Below, in pieces: positions 52,570 to 64,000 of a DNA stretch of 64,000 nucleotides (its first letter is position 1; every line of letters starts with the position of its first letter). The stretch is from Octopus sinensis (taxonomy: Eukaryota), in the NCBI RefSeq assembly GCF_006345805.1, contig NC_043020.1, forward strand, positions 3,658,001 through 3,722,000, read 5' to 3'. Below the pieces are notes generated by a model. The model worked only from the letters and a program-made list of their open reading frames with translations. It was not told the origin of the DNA and did no database searches. The position numbers were made by a program, and so were the translations under genes.

Positions 52570-54116
52570 GCATGCATAGGTTCGTACGAAGCATTTCTAT
52601 TTGGTACAGTTTTTGGAAATTTTGAGGGTGATAGAAAGAAAAGGCCCATCTGAGTGGTTGAGATGATGAAATAATAACTCTATGGTATCGAGTCTGAGAG
52701 TTATTAAAAACTTCCTCTGCTGATCTCAATTTCTTCTTAAGTGCAACGCAAATATTTGTTTATGTTGCATATTGTTATTGTTTCGACCCCTTGTCATGTA
52801 ATCGGCCCCGACCTTATCAAAGACTATTCAACCGTCAGCATTTATCGATAACATTTTTCGTCAATCAACTATCTACATTTATTGACCGACAATGTAATAC
52901 TTCGTTATTTATTTTAAAAAATAAGTGTGTGATAATAGAGATTTGGTTGTTATTTCTTCCACTCGGAGCGATCCCTGAAGTGTTTTTCATTCTGTTTTAG
53001 TAAATTCCTTCAAATCTGGAATCTATGTCCGCACACATGTATAATTGACCTCAGTACGTGACTCGAACTTCAGTTATTTGACTCCAGTGGGATGAATGAC
53101 AAAGTTTTAAGTCATCGAATTAAAGTTCCTTTCACGTTAAGATTATATAAATCTGCTCAGTACTTAACAGGTATTTTATTTAATCGATACTCAGATGGAT
53201 GAAGGGTAAAGTTGACCGTGGATGGGGGTCGGGTGTTGGAACTAAACGATTCTGCATCTCCACTGCCTTCGATATTGAAAGATCCCTGACAAATAGCGCA
53301 AATACATACACAAAAATAGCCAATTCTCCCTCAAATCACACCATTACATGTCTTTAGAAAAAGATACATTTGATGATGTGGACCTAGTATATCAGGGAAA
53401 AAAAAAGACGAAGTGGTCATGGACGGGACGTCTTTTATTATAGTTCTTTCTCCATAGGAACTGATTTGGGGCAAATTTATCTGAGATATTTGGATTACGA
53501 TATATATTTTGAAAAAAAAAAGAATTGCCCACGGATGGTTTCAATTCAGTTTTAACAGAAAGATTTGGAAGAATTAGCTGAAAGTTCTCCGGTGATTTTT
53601 TTTCCCTGTAAATCGGATCAACCTTCTTTCCTTACATATTTATCCCGTTTGTACGGATGGATGTGTGCTGTTTAGTCCTAGGTTAACCCCCAGCCAAGGC
53701 ATAGGGTCATGACCATTCCGCATTTATTACTTTTGGGGTTTTCAGACAAATGTAATTAGGATAACATTGTCTGACGTGGGAAAGTCCCTATTATTAAGGC
53801 GAGTGCAGTGCGTGTTGGAAGCTGCTATTTCTAGTATACTGAGCAACCACTTAGAGGGTTCTCTTGTATCACGAACGAATCGTCATTAAAGATATAGTAT
53901 GGTGTGAGCTGAGGGTAACTGGTAACTATTTCTAATAACCCAAGCAATCAACCACTTAGAGGGGCTCTCTTGTGTCTCGAATGAATTAACTTCAGGTCGC
54001 CTCCGATCGAGCAAATATATAATCAGACATACCAGCTGTAAACATTTTGTCTTTTTCAGGGATGTTTGGCACTGCATTATTTATTAGATATAATTTCACT
54101 CGCTCTAAATAATCTA

Positions 54117-54165
<49 letters not shown>

Positions 54166-54227
54166 ATTATTATTATTATTTGAGGGAATATTATTCCTAA
54201 CTTACAGGGAAATTTTTATATATATAA

Positions 54228-54273
<46 letters not shown>

Positions 54274-55469
54274 TGTATATATTGTATAGTTATAACATAT
54301 TGATAAATATATACACTATTATATAGGCTTGTATCTGTGTGAATTGTGTTCACAGGCGCGTGAATGTGTGTATGTGAGAGGGAGGGAGAGAGAGAGAGAG
54401 ATGTTGGCTTTAAGACAAAGAAGTTTAATTTAGATGGCGGGTAAAGTTGTGGAAGCTCATAGCCTGAAACCCTGTGTATATATTAGTGGAGATAATGATT
54501 TTAAACTGGAAATAATTACAACTGATCCATTAATGTCTTGGGAAAAGTCGGCATCAATAATCATGACCTTTTATTTTCTTCTCTGTGTTTTTTTTTTGTT
54601 TCTTTCTCTGAAAAAGAAATAAAACCAAGTTTCCTGTACTTTTTAAGAAACCTCTAAATGTGTTGTTTCGGCTTCGGTCAAATTGCTGAACCAGTCCACA
54701 AGCATTTCTCTCCACTTAAAGCATAACTAATGTTCTTCTTCAAGACATGATCGCCGCCACAACATCCCGGCTTGCTCCTGTACAACAGAAACTTGAAATG
54801 TTCAGTAATTTTATTAAATCTGTTATGGTAGTAATTAATAATGGTGGTGATAAAATAATGATAATGTAATTATAATGATATTATTACTTATAATAGTTAC
54901 CACAGTAGCAATCGCAGGCAATAATTAACTCGGGGAGACATCGATGTTTAACAGGAAAGAAACCAAAACTTAGGTGGACATGTCCTATCGTCTATCAGCA
55001 AAAAGCACCGTATTGACAGTCTTGTAGCTTTGTAAATTTTTACTGTCTTACTGAATTGACTTTATAGATTATTTAGGTAAAAATTGAAATATGTGTGTAC
55101 AAGAACATGAAATTTTATTTCCAAATCAATAAAACAGTAGACACTGAGTTTAATAGCTTCAAACCAAAACTTTGTACATTTACATGTTTTACAATATTCT
55201 CTTTTATACGTCGTCGCCAGACTTATTTAGTAATCGACTAAGCACTTGTTTACGAACTTAAATCCCCTTTATATATATTTTTTGACTTTCTGCAAGTTAC
55301 AGCTACTTCTACCATTTTACCTAATCTTCGACAGACAAAGCCAACAACGGCATAAACTTCCCCAGTCACTTTTCGTTGTAAAAATAAGTGTAATACGCTA
55401 CTTAAATATGTCCATTTAATTTTTCTTTTGTACATATGATTATAAATAAAGCAACCCACGTTAGTATGC

Positions 55470-55505
<36 letters not shown>

Positions 55506-56039
55506 ATGTATGTTACACGTCTCTCAGTCTGTCTGCCTATGTGTATATATGTGTGTGTGTGTTCTGCTCTTTTTTTCGGTATTTGTCAACGTATCTCGTT
55601 TGCTGAAAATAACGTACAACTGCTGTGCTGACGACGCCTATTGAGTCAGAAACGCAAAACCGCAGCTGTCCTCGTGGTGTCAGTTTTGGAGATTTCTTGA
55701 TTCTTGAAATTGGCAATCTTTCGTTTTGACTCGAATGCGTGTGCGCGCGCAGCTCAGCTGTTACCATACTGCGTTCGGTAAATTCCGTAAAAACTTTTTA
55801 TTTATTGATTTTTGTAGCTGGATATGTACATTTCGTTTAAAGTCAGCATAAAGTGAAAGAGAGAGAAAATGGACAGGGAGTCTTTCCCTCCCTCTCTCTC
55901 TCTCTCTCTCACACATGCACACATAATACACATATATGCATATGTATTTATGTATGTACGTGTGTATATGGCAGATAGTGGGTGTACGTATGCTTGTGTG
56001 CGTGTGTGGCTGATCCTAGCCATTTTACCCATACATGAC

Positions 56040-56077
<38 letters not shown>

Positions 56078-56214
56078 CAATCACTCACACACTCTTTAAA
56101 AAGAGATGCGAGAAAAACTAAATAAAAAAACCAAAAAATTACACTATTACTCTCTCTCCCCCTCTCTCTCTGTCTCACACACAACAACACACTTTCTCTT
56201 TTTCTGACAACACA

Positions 56215-56252
<38 letters not shown>

Positions 56253-56787
56253 CAATTAATTACTCAAAAAGATGCGAGGAAAAATAAAAAAAAAATGTAT
56301 GCTGTCACTCTCCCTCACACACACGCACACACACACACACAGAACAACACCTTTCTACCCCCCCCCCTCAACATATACACACGTCCCTGTCCATTTTCTC
56401 TCTCTTTCACTTTATGCTGACATCAGACGAAATGCATGCATTTCCACCCACAAACATAAATTAAAAAAAAAACTTTTTACGGGTATTTACCAAGCGCTGT
56501 ACCTCCACAGCTCATTGGGTCAGCTGTGTCTTTAACAAGTCTGCAAGTTATATCGAAACATCACCAAATTACCTCCCCTTCTCATCTGGAGTCAGTACCA
56601 AGTGAAATAAAGCAATTGGTCGACCCTCTGGAAGCAGTAATAATAACGTGACAGTCGCATAAAGGGAATCACACCACCGCTATTTAGCCCTAGGAAGCAT
56701 CAACGCTTCCTGTCGGCCTTGACACATTTCCTGTGTCCTTTTGTTTACAAGGGGGAGATAAGCACCCCCATCCAGCTAAGCCTGCAC

Positions 56788-56828
56788 CCAGAGACATGTT
56801 TCTGAGTTTTTGCTCATCATCAGTCTGG
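56788..56828 (-). ncRNA. Minimal type-I hammerhead ribozyme motif, GUC site
   Basis: CCAGA-CTGATGA-TGAG caaaaa CTCA-GAAAC at GTC^TCTGG. Canonical core, palindromic stem III (ACATGT). Predicted cut at 56793/56792. Confidence 0.82.
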
Positions 56829-56999
56829 AGTAGCATGGCCTGCTAGCTGAAGATACTTGTCTAGACTTTGTAAACCTATAATGTCAGTGAAGTGGTATAT
56901 TGGACCACCCGAAGCAGCTGCATCCATTATGGGATCTTCAATCCATGAAAGAACAGCCACAATAATGAGACTGCAAATTCATCTGATGAACAAAGAACA

Positions 57000-57365
57000 T
57001 TGCTCGTGCCAGTGGCACATAAAAGGGCACCATTCGAGTGCCCGTGCTAGTAGGGTGCCAAGAGCACCATCCGAGCGTGATCATTACCAATGCCGCCCTA
57101 CTGGCACCTGTGCCAGTGACATGTGTAAAAAGATTCGAGCAAGATCATTGCCAGTACCGCCTGACTGGCCCTGTGCCGGTGGCACGTAAAAAGCACCCAC
57201 TACACTCTCGGAGCGGTTGGCATTAGGAAGGGCATCCAGCTGTAGAAACTCTGCCAGATCAGACTGGAGCCTGGTGCAGCCTTTTGGTTCGCCAGCCTTC
57301 AGTCATTCATCCAACCCATGCTAGCATGGAAAGCAGACGTTAAACGATGATGATGATGATGATGA
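57000..57365 (+). mobile_element. RTE 3'-UTR copy
   Basis: Repeat units plus ..gcagacgttaaacgatgatgatgat. Confidence 0.82.
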
Positions 57366-57699
57366 CTGTCAATGAACAACATATGAGAACAACATTGATG
57401 GAATTCTTTTCACTGTGCGTCAATAATGACTTTGCAAAAACATTACTTTATGCTGAAGTACCAAAGTATTTCACTTGAAACCGGAGTAACAAAGAATGGC
57501 AAAGAAAGAAGCAAGAAAACAAGTTGAAGGCCTTTCAAACGTTTTCAAAGAGGAAACACTTGGTCATGCTTTTGTTGTCACACCGAAGCCAAGAGAACTG
57601 GGTTGCTTAAGAAATCCATTGCATCAAGTTTGAAATATTATTGTTTTCCTTTCCCGCTGTGCATCAGCATTTTCAACTTGGAGTGGTTATGACCCAATG

Positions 57700-58135
57700 G
57701 ATCATGGCAGGTACATCTAGTTAACTTTAAGGCTCAAACCCTTGCTCCTACACCTGAAAGACCAAACTGCATCTCTAGGTTAACTCTCTTCTTAATTAGT
57801 TGAACTATGACCCTTTCTGTAACTTTTCTCACCTGGTCCAGCAATTTGATCCCTCTGTCTAAGGCATCTCCTTTACCTTTTTAGTAGTTGGTCATAATGC
57901 TGTCACACCAGTGGTTGGGTATGGCACTTTCTTGGACTACCTGATTAACTGTGCGTGTGACCAGCCCATACCACTGTCCACCCAGTATTTTAAGCATGTT
58001 GCCAGTAATTCCCGATGGACCAGGGACTTTCCCCATCTTCATATTCTTAATTGCTTTATCTGTCATACTGCTGTCAACCCTGGTAGCCAATGCCTCTTTT
58101 GGTCCCATATTTCGAAGACTCTCCTTCTCCTATAG
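57700..58135 (-). mobile_element. RTE RT N-terminal fragment
   Basis: DKAIKNMKMGKVPGPSGI..IPNHWCDSI..KGKGDAL..IKLLDQ. Confidence 0.78.
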
Positions 58136-59419
58136 GCTTTCTCATATATATATATATAGGCACAGACATGGCTGTGTGATTAAGATGCTTGCATTACAAC
58201 CTTGTAGTTCCAGGTTCAGTCTCAATGCACAGCACTTTGGGTGTCTTCTGCCATACTCCTGGGCCAACTAATGCCTTGTGACTGAGTCTGGAAACTGTGT
58301 GGAAGCTTGTTATATATGTGCTTGTATCCTTCTTCCCACTGTTTGAAAAGTGGTGTTGGTTTGTTGATGTCTCTGTTTCGACAAAAGAGAGCAATAGACT
58401 TAAAAAATAAGTACTATGGGCAATCGGTTTGACTAAAACTCTACAAGATGGTGTCCCACCATGGCTGCACTGCAGAGACTGAAACAAGTAAGAGATAAAA
58501 GAAAATGTGAGAGAGAGAGAGAGAGTATAATCTTTACTCTCTCGGCTGATAAACTGCTATTTTACTTGCTGAAGCCTTACAACATAATATACATGTATAT
58601 TCTTTTACTTGTTTCAGTCATGTGACTGCGGCCATGCTGGAGCACCGCCTTTAGTCGAAGGAAATGACTCCCGGACTTATTCTTTGTAAGCTTACTACTT
58701 ATTCTATCGGTCTCTTTTGTCGAACCACTAATTTTCAGGGACATAAACACACCAACATTGGTTGTCAAGTGATGGTAGGGGGACAGTAAAAACTTCTCAC
58801 TAAATCAAGAGCGAAGTTTCTTATCACATTTCAGCCCAGGGCCAGTTTCGTTGTTTCTGAGCTCATTGGAGCTTTTTATGAGAGTAATTGATATTCATTG
58901 GACTTTGGTTTTCAGACCTGGAATGCCATAATCATGGAAAATTGGTGGGACTTTGCACATGCCATCAGTCGGACAAAAAAGGAGGCAGAAGAATGTGGAA
59001 AACTTGAATTTGGCTGCAAAATAGCAGGATTTTGAAAATACACATAAATCTCATTTGTTGGGGTTTGGTTTCACACATGTGTGACACCCATGTTTGCCAA
59101 GATGTGACAGCCTCACATACTGGTGTGTGAGATGTGTATCACAATGTGTCTGAGTGCTGTGGTATGTGGTGTCCATGTGTGCAGCAGTGTTTTTTCTTAG
59201 AATTACATTTTTCTCTAACTTTCTGTCTTTGTCTCAGTAACCACTAATTTACAACTCCTAAACTAGACTAAACACTGCAGACTGTACTAAGGAGATCTAA
59301 AACCAACTGTATTGTCTACTAAATACACAAACACTCCTACTCAATTATTGCTTCTGTTGAAGACAAACCACAGGATGGGAGGCCATCAGCTGCTACTGCT
59401 GACATAAATTGCCAGCAAG

Positions 59420-60205
59420 TGGACAAAATTGATTCCTGCAGACAGATGAGTCATAATCCTCGTGGTCTCAATGCATTACAGGAGATGGTGAAAAGCTTTA
59501 AGTATCAAAAAGTGTGTACAAATTGGATACCTTGCTGGTGGACACATGATTCAAAGGAGAGAGAGAGAGAAGTGGAAGTCTGCTCCAATCTACTGGAATT
59601 ATTTGAAGTTAATGGAAAGACATTTCTTTTTGATCTGGTGGTGAAATGTGGGGCATATTTTTATAATTAAGCAACTGAACTCAGTCCATGCAATGGAACG
59701 TACCTATTTCCCAAGGCCTAAGAAGTTTCAACAGCCAGCACAGAAAGTCATAGTGACTTCTTTATATGGGTGGCATGAATGTCATTCTCCTTAACTTTTC
59801 TGAAAAATAGTTGCATTGTGAACAGCAAGTGATGCATTGAAATACTCAAAAAGTATAGAAAAGCCATTATGAGTAAGAGACCCAAGAAGAATCTGAGAAC
59901 AGTTCACATTGATCGTAACAATGTTTGATCACACATATCCTGGGCCGAAAGTCAGGCAATGAGCAAACTGGGCTGATTAGTGGGCCATTGTCCACCATAC
60001 AGCCTGGATGTGGTCCCTTCACACTGTCACTTGTTTGACCGAAAGAAGGATGTTTGGAGATGATTTGGTAACACAGACGAGGTGAAAGGGACAGTGAAGA
60101 AGTGGGTAACACAGGACATAACTGGAATTTTTTTTGAAAGTGGATTTGAGAGTTGAGTTGAATAATGGCCCAAATGCATCACTTGTGATGAAGACTGTAG
60201 AATGG
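59420..60205 (+). mobile_element. Highly degenerate mariner transposase
   Basis: YQKVCTNWIP (YRKVCARWVP) and HCPPYSLDVVPSHCHLF (HPPYSPDLAPSDFHLF). Confidence 0.72.
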
Positions 60206-60257
60206 AACCTTTCTAGAGAAGGAAAAGTGACTCTCACCAACATGTGCAATTTGAACA

Positions 60258-60410
60258 CTCATCATCATCATTATCATCGTTTAACGTCCGCTTCCCATGC
60301 TAGCATGGGTTGAACGGTTCAACTGGGGTCTGGGAAACCAGGAGGCTGCACCAGGCTCCAGTCTGATCTGGCAGTGTTTCTACAGCTGGATGCCCTTCCT
60401 AATGCCAATC
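60258..60410 (-). mobile_element. RTE 3'-UTR copy
   Basis: (CAT)n cgtttaacgtccgcttcccatgctagcatggg.. Confidence 0.8.
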
Positions 60411-60949
60411 TATGTCAATTAATAAAATGGCTATGTCCACTTCAGCATTACTTTTGGTATAACCTCTGTGTATGCGTGTGAGTGAGTGCACATACACATG
60501 CACACACACACACACAACCATACACTGTGCTACATTTTAGGAAATTGATCTGGCAGTCCTTATATATATATAAACATACACTCACGCATATATACACTCA
60601 GACACATACATATCCCCCCTCTGTGTGTGTGTCTGTGTGTGTGTCAGCTGGTTTTATTTACTGTCAGTGCAATGTTATATTTTGTTTGTTCCACCATTTA
60701 CCCCCCACCCCACCCCTCCTTACCACTGCCACCACTTCCACCATTCCAACCATCCCCACCATCGCTATCACTTCACCTGTCTCAGTTATCTTCACCCCTC
60801 CCCCCCAGTCCTTACTTCCCCCTCGGTAGTTTACATTTTCTGGGTCAGAGTGTAAAATGGACTTTCTGCATCCTGATTTTTTTTCTCTCTTAACACACAC
60901 ACACACACACACGTGAATACACATACAGGTTTGCTTATGTGTGTGTACC

Positions 60950-60984
<35 letters not shown>

Positions 60985-61066
60985 ATGCAGTTGTATATTT
61001 GTATGGATGGATGTATTTCTTTTGATTTTTTTTTTTTTGCATATGTAAATATGAAGTGATATTTTG

Positions 61067-61103
<37 letters not shown>

Positions 61104-61484
61104 CTTGAGTGTGTTTCATTGTTTGTGAATATGAGGGTGGGTGTGCCTGAGTGTTTTCTTTGTGTGTGCATGTGTGTGTGTTAGCAAATAGGTTTTTCAT
61201 ATGTGTATATGTATGTAAAAAAGAGGGAGGAATGAGAGAAACAGAGAGGGAGTAGAGAGAGAGAGAGAGAGAGGCAGGAGAGAGAGAAAGAGATGTTAGT
61301 AAAAAGATGTGTGGTTACAATGACATATTCTGTTGTGTCTGGGGAGAGTCAGTTTCTTTTTGTGCCTTATTAATCCAAAAACGAAATACAATGACATAAT
61401 TTACTGCTAAATATAGACTGAGCAGGGAATAGTCATGTCATTAGTATGTGTGTGTGTGTCTGTGTGTCTCTGGGTATGCGTGTA

Positions 61485-61688
61485 CAGTAACCCCCCCCCC
61501 TCACCGTACCGTGGTTCACCCATTGTTGATTCCTCCTTTGTGTGGTTTTACATTTATAATAAAATAAATACATACAAATTATAAAAATAATTAAAATAAT
61601 ATATACAGTACTGTTTCTACTTTGCTGATTTTTACCTATTGTGGCTGGGTTTTGGAATGTAACACCTGTGATAATCGAGGGATTACTG
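61485..61688. mobile_element. Tigger/pogo-like MITE
   Basis: TA|cagtaacccc..ctc / gagggattactg|TG. Confidence 0.6.
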
Positions 61689-61996
61689 TGTGTGTGTGTG
61701 TTTCAGGGAGTCTATATACATTCCTGTAATGTATGTACCCATGTACATCATATCTATTGTTTCTCTATGTGTGTGTCCATGCATGAAGCATGCTGTGTGT
61801 GTGTGTGTCTGAGTGATGTCAACATGAAAAGCATAGATGATGATGATGATGATGTATAACATGCTGAGTTTTGGTGATTAATTTAAACTTAGAATTCATG
61901 CTCTTGGGGGTTTGTGGATGTCTGAAGTGATTGAAGTGTGTGCATATATGTATGTGTCTACATGATACTATGAGTATCATGTACACACATACATGT

Positions 61997-62162
61997 AGCG
62001 CAGGAGTGGCTGTGTGGTAAGTAGCTTGCTTACCAACCACATGGTTCTGGGTTCAGTCCCACTGCGTGACACCTTGGGCAAGTGTCTTCTACTACAGCTT
62101 CGGGCCAACCAAAGCCTTGTGAGTGGATTTGGTAGGTGGAAACTGAAAGAAGCCCGTCATAT

Positions 62163-62213
<51 letters not shown>

Positions 62214-62430
62214 TATGTGTGTATATGTTTGTGTGTCTGTGTTTGTTCCCCCAACATTGCTTGACAACTGATGCTGGTGTGTTTACGTCCCCGTAACTTA
62301 GTGGTTCGGCAAAAGAGACTGATAGAATAAGTACTAGGCTTACGAAGATTAAATCCTGGGGTCAATTTGCTCGACTATGAGCAATGCTCCAGCATGGCCA
62401 TAGTCAAATCACTGAAGCAAGTAGAAGAGT
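61997..62430 (+). mobile_element. tRNA-type SINE, family B (bipartite, internal microsatellite)
   Basis: A-box-like tggctgtgtggt, B-box-like ggttcagtccc, core-like caccttgggcaagtgtctt. Other copies or halves at about 13195-13420, 17460-17625, 26200-26530, 58160-58500 and 58600-58790. Confidence 0.82.
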
Positions 62431-63526
62431 ATGTGAATGTGTGTGTGTGATATATAGTTAAATTTTCACTTATGTAGTGATATGCATGTCACCTGTGTGC
62501 AAAGGTAAATCAAAAATTATCTGCACTTTCGCCATAACATATCTTTATTGTTGTCACACCTCCTTCTGGCCATGCATGCTAATGGTTGGTACTCTTGTGG
62601 TCATGTGATGCCAGTTTGAGCCTGGTTGTACCATTTTTCTTTCTGACCTTACAGTGTGAGTATGGCCGCTCCACTAGCAATGTGCACCAAAGGAGAAGAG
62701 GCAGAATTCAAAAGACAGAGTTTGGAGTGGAAACATCCTGGCTTGCCAGCAATGAAGAAATTCAAGACTCAGTCTCCTGCAACAGTTGAGCACAGGGGTT
62801 GATGTATAATTGACTTACCTTTCCCTCCAAATTGCTGGCCTTGTGCCAAAATTTGAAACCAGTATTTTCCTAGTCCTGATGCCCAATCTGCTGATTTCTT
62901 TAAGTATCCAGTTTAGAATTCCAAATATTCTTTTCTACTTTAGGCACAAGGCCCTAAGTTTTGGGGGAGGGGACCAGTCAATTAGATCAACCCCTGTACA
63001 CTGACCCCGAAAGGATGAAAGGCAAAGTTGATCTCAGTGGAATCTGAACTCAGACCATAAAGACAGATGAAATACCCCTAAGCATTTTGCCCCATGTGCT
63101 AACATTTCTGCTAGCTCACCGCCTTAGTATTCCAAATATTGGTACTATCATTAGCCCCGTAGAAGCTTTCTGGGATATAGTTTTACTGAATGCTGTCAGC
63201 TGTTAATTCCGTACCTTTCGAAGTCTGCTAAAGCGTTATTTGTCATTCACAGTTTTACTCCCAACATATGCGATATTCTCTTCCGTTCTTTGATACTTGT
63301 AATGTTCATCAATAGGAATAAGAGATAGACTGGCCATCAGTTTCCATATTCTTTGTCCGGTCAACAATCTTTCTTCATTTGACAATATATGAGAGAAAAC
63401 TCAGAAGAAGATTTATAAATATTATTGCCTACCCCACTACAATGATATGGCTTTGGCTCTCCAAAAGTTTCATGGCTTCACTTAAGTAGCAACTACTGAT
63501 AACTTTCACATCAACAGTGACACACA

Positions 63527-63561
<35 letters not shown>

Positions 63562-64000
63562 TATATCATGTCTGATTTCATGAGGCATAAAAAGAACTAA
63601 CAACAGTGTAATCCATTACTCTTAATTATACAAGTCCCAGCTACCTTTCTCACTTGGCTGCTGGTGTTCTTGTTCATTGCAACACAATAATGATTCATAG
63701 TAAAGATAAATGTCGCATATCTTCTCCAGGTTCTTCAGCAAGGCTTTCCACTTTCATCCTTTCTCCTTCTATTTTACAGTTATCTTTTTTTTTAACAGTG
63801 AAGATACTAACGATGATTTGTTTAATTATTGTGGAACTCTCTGCTTTTGCTAATATCAACTCGTACCCTTCATCTATAATCATTAATAATAATAAAACTA
63901 AGTTATGGAGAGCCCCAGCAACTGCAACAGAATGAACACATGAATATTGTAAAGAATTTGGCCCCTCTAAAACATGAGTTGATTCAATTTGGTAATCCAG

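Noticed and set aside
53770-53880. SDVGKSLLLR as the P-loop continuation of the 51342 micro-exon
   Set aside because: There is no acceptor in the required phase, and the segment belongs to a dispersed repeat.
63140-63935. Possible LINE endonuclease remnant on -
   Set aside because: It is too degenerate to recognise catalytic motifs by eye; an HMM search is needed.

Overview
AT-rich, microsatellite-dense animal genomic DNA. The repeat families look coleoid cephalopod (Octopus-like); this is recognition from memory, not a database result. Two spliced genes converge tail-to-tail. The first is the 3' eight coding exons (about 422 aa) of an SLCO/OATP organic-anion transporter on + (1891-19548; 5' exons lie outside the window). 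The second is a complete 7-exon, 250-aa phosphomannomutase on - (37836-24840). All splice sites are GT-AG with consistent phases. The rest is mostly transposon debris: an RTE LINE with about 17 short copies of its 3' UTR, two tRNA-type SINE families, and CR1, CRE-like, HERO-like, Penelope, Ty3/Gypsy, mariner/Tc1, Helitron-like and MITE fragments. Five observations stand out. (1) Three distinct minimal type-I hammerhead ribozyme motifs, two of them duplicated on both strands inside near-perfect 137-195 bp palindromes, and one with a swapped G3:C8 core. (2) A 2.3-kb run of four consecutive fold-backs. (3) A CpG-rich MITE family that sits next to putative 5' gene ends, one copy carrying TTAGGG repeats. 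(4) A 1.8-kb element with Helitron-type 3' ends at both termini. (5) Co-loss of two cysteines in the OATP Kazal-like loop. Most ORFs in the supplied track are microsatellite artefacts.
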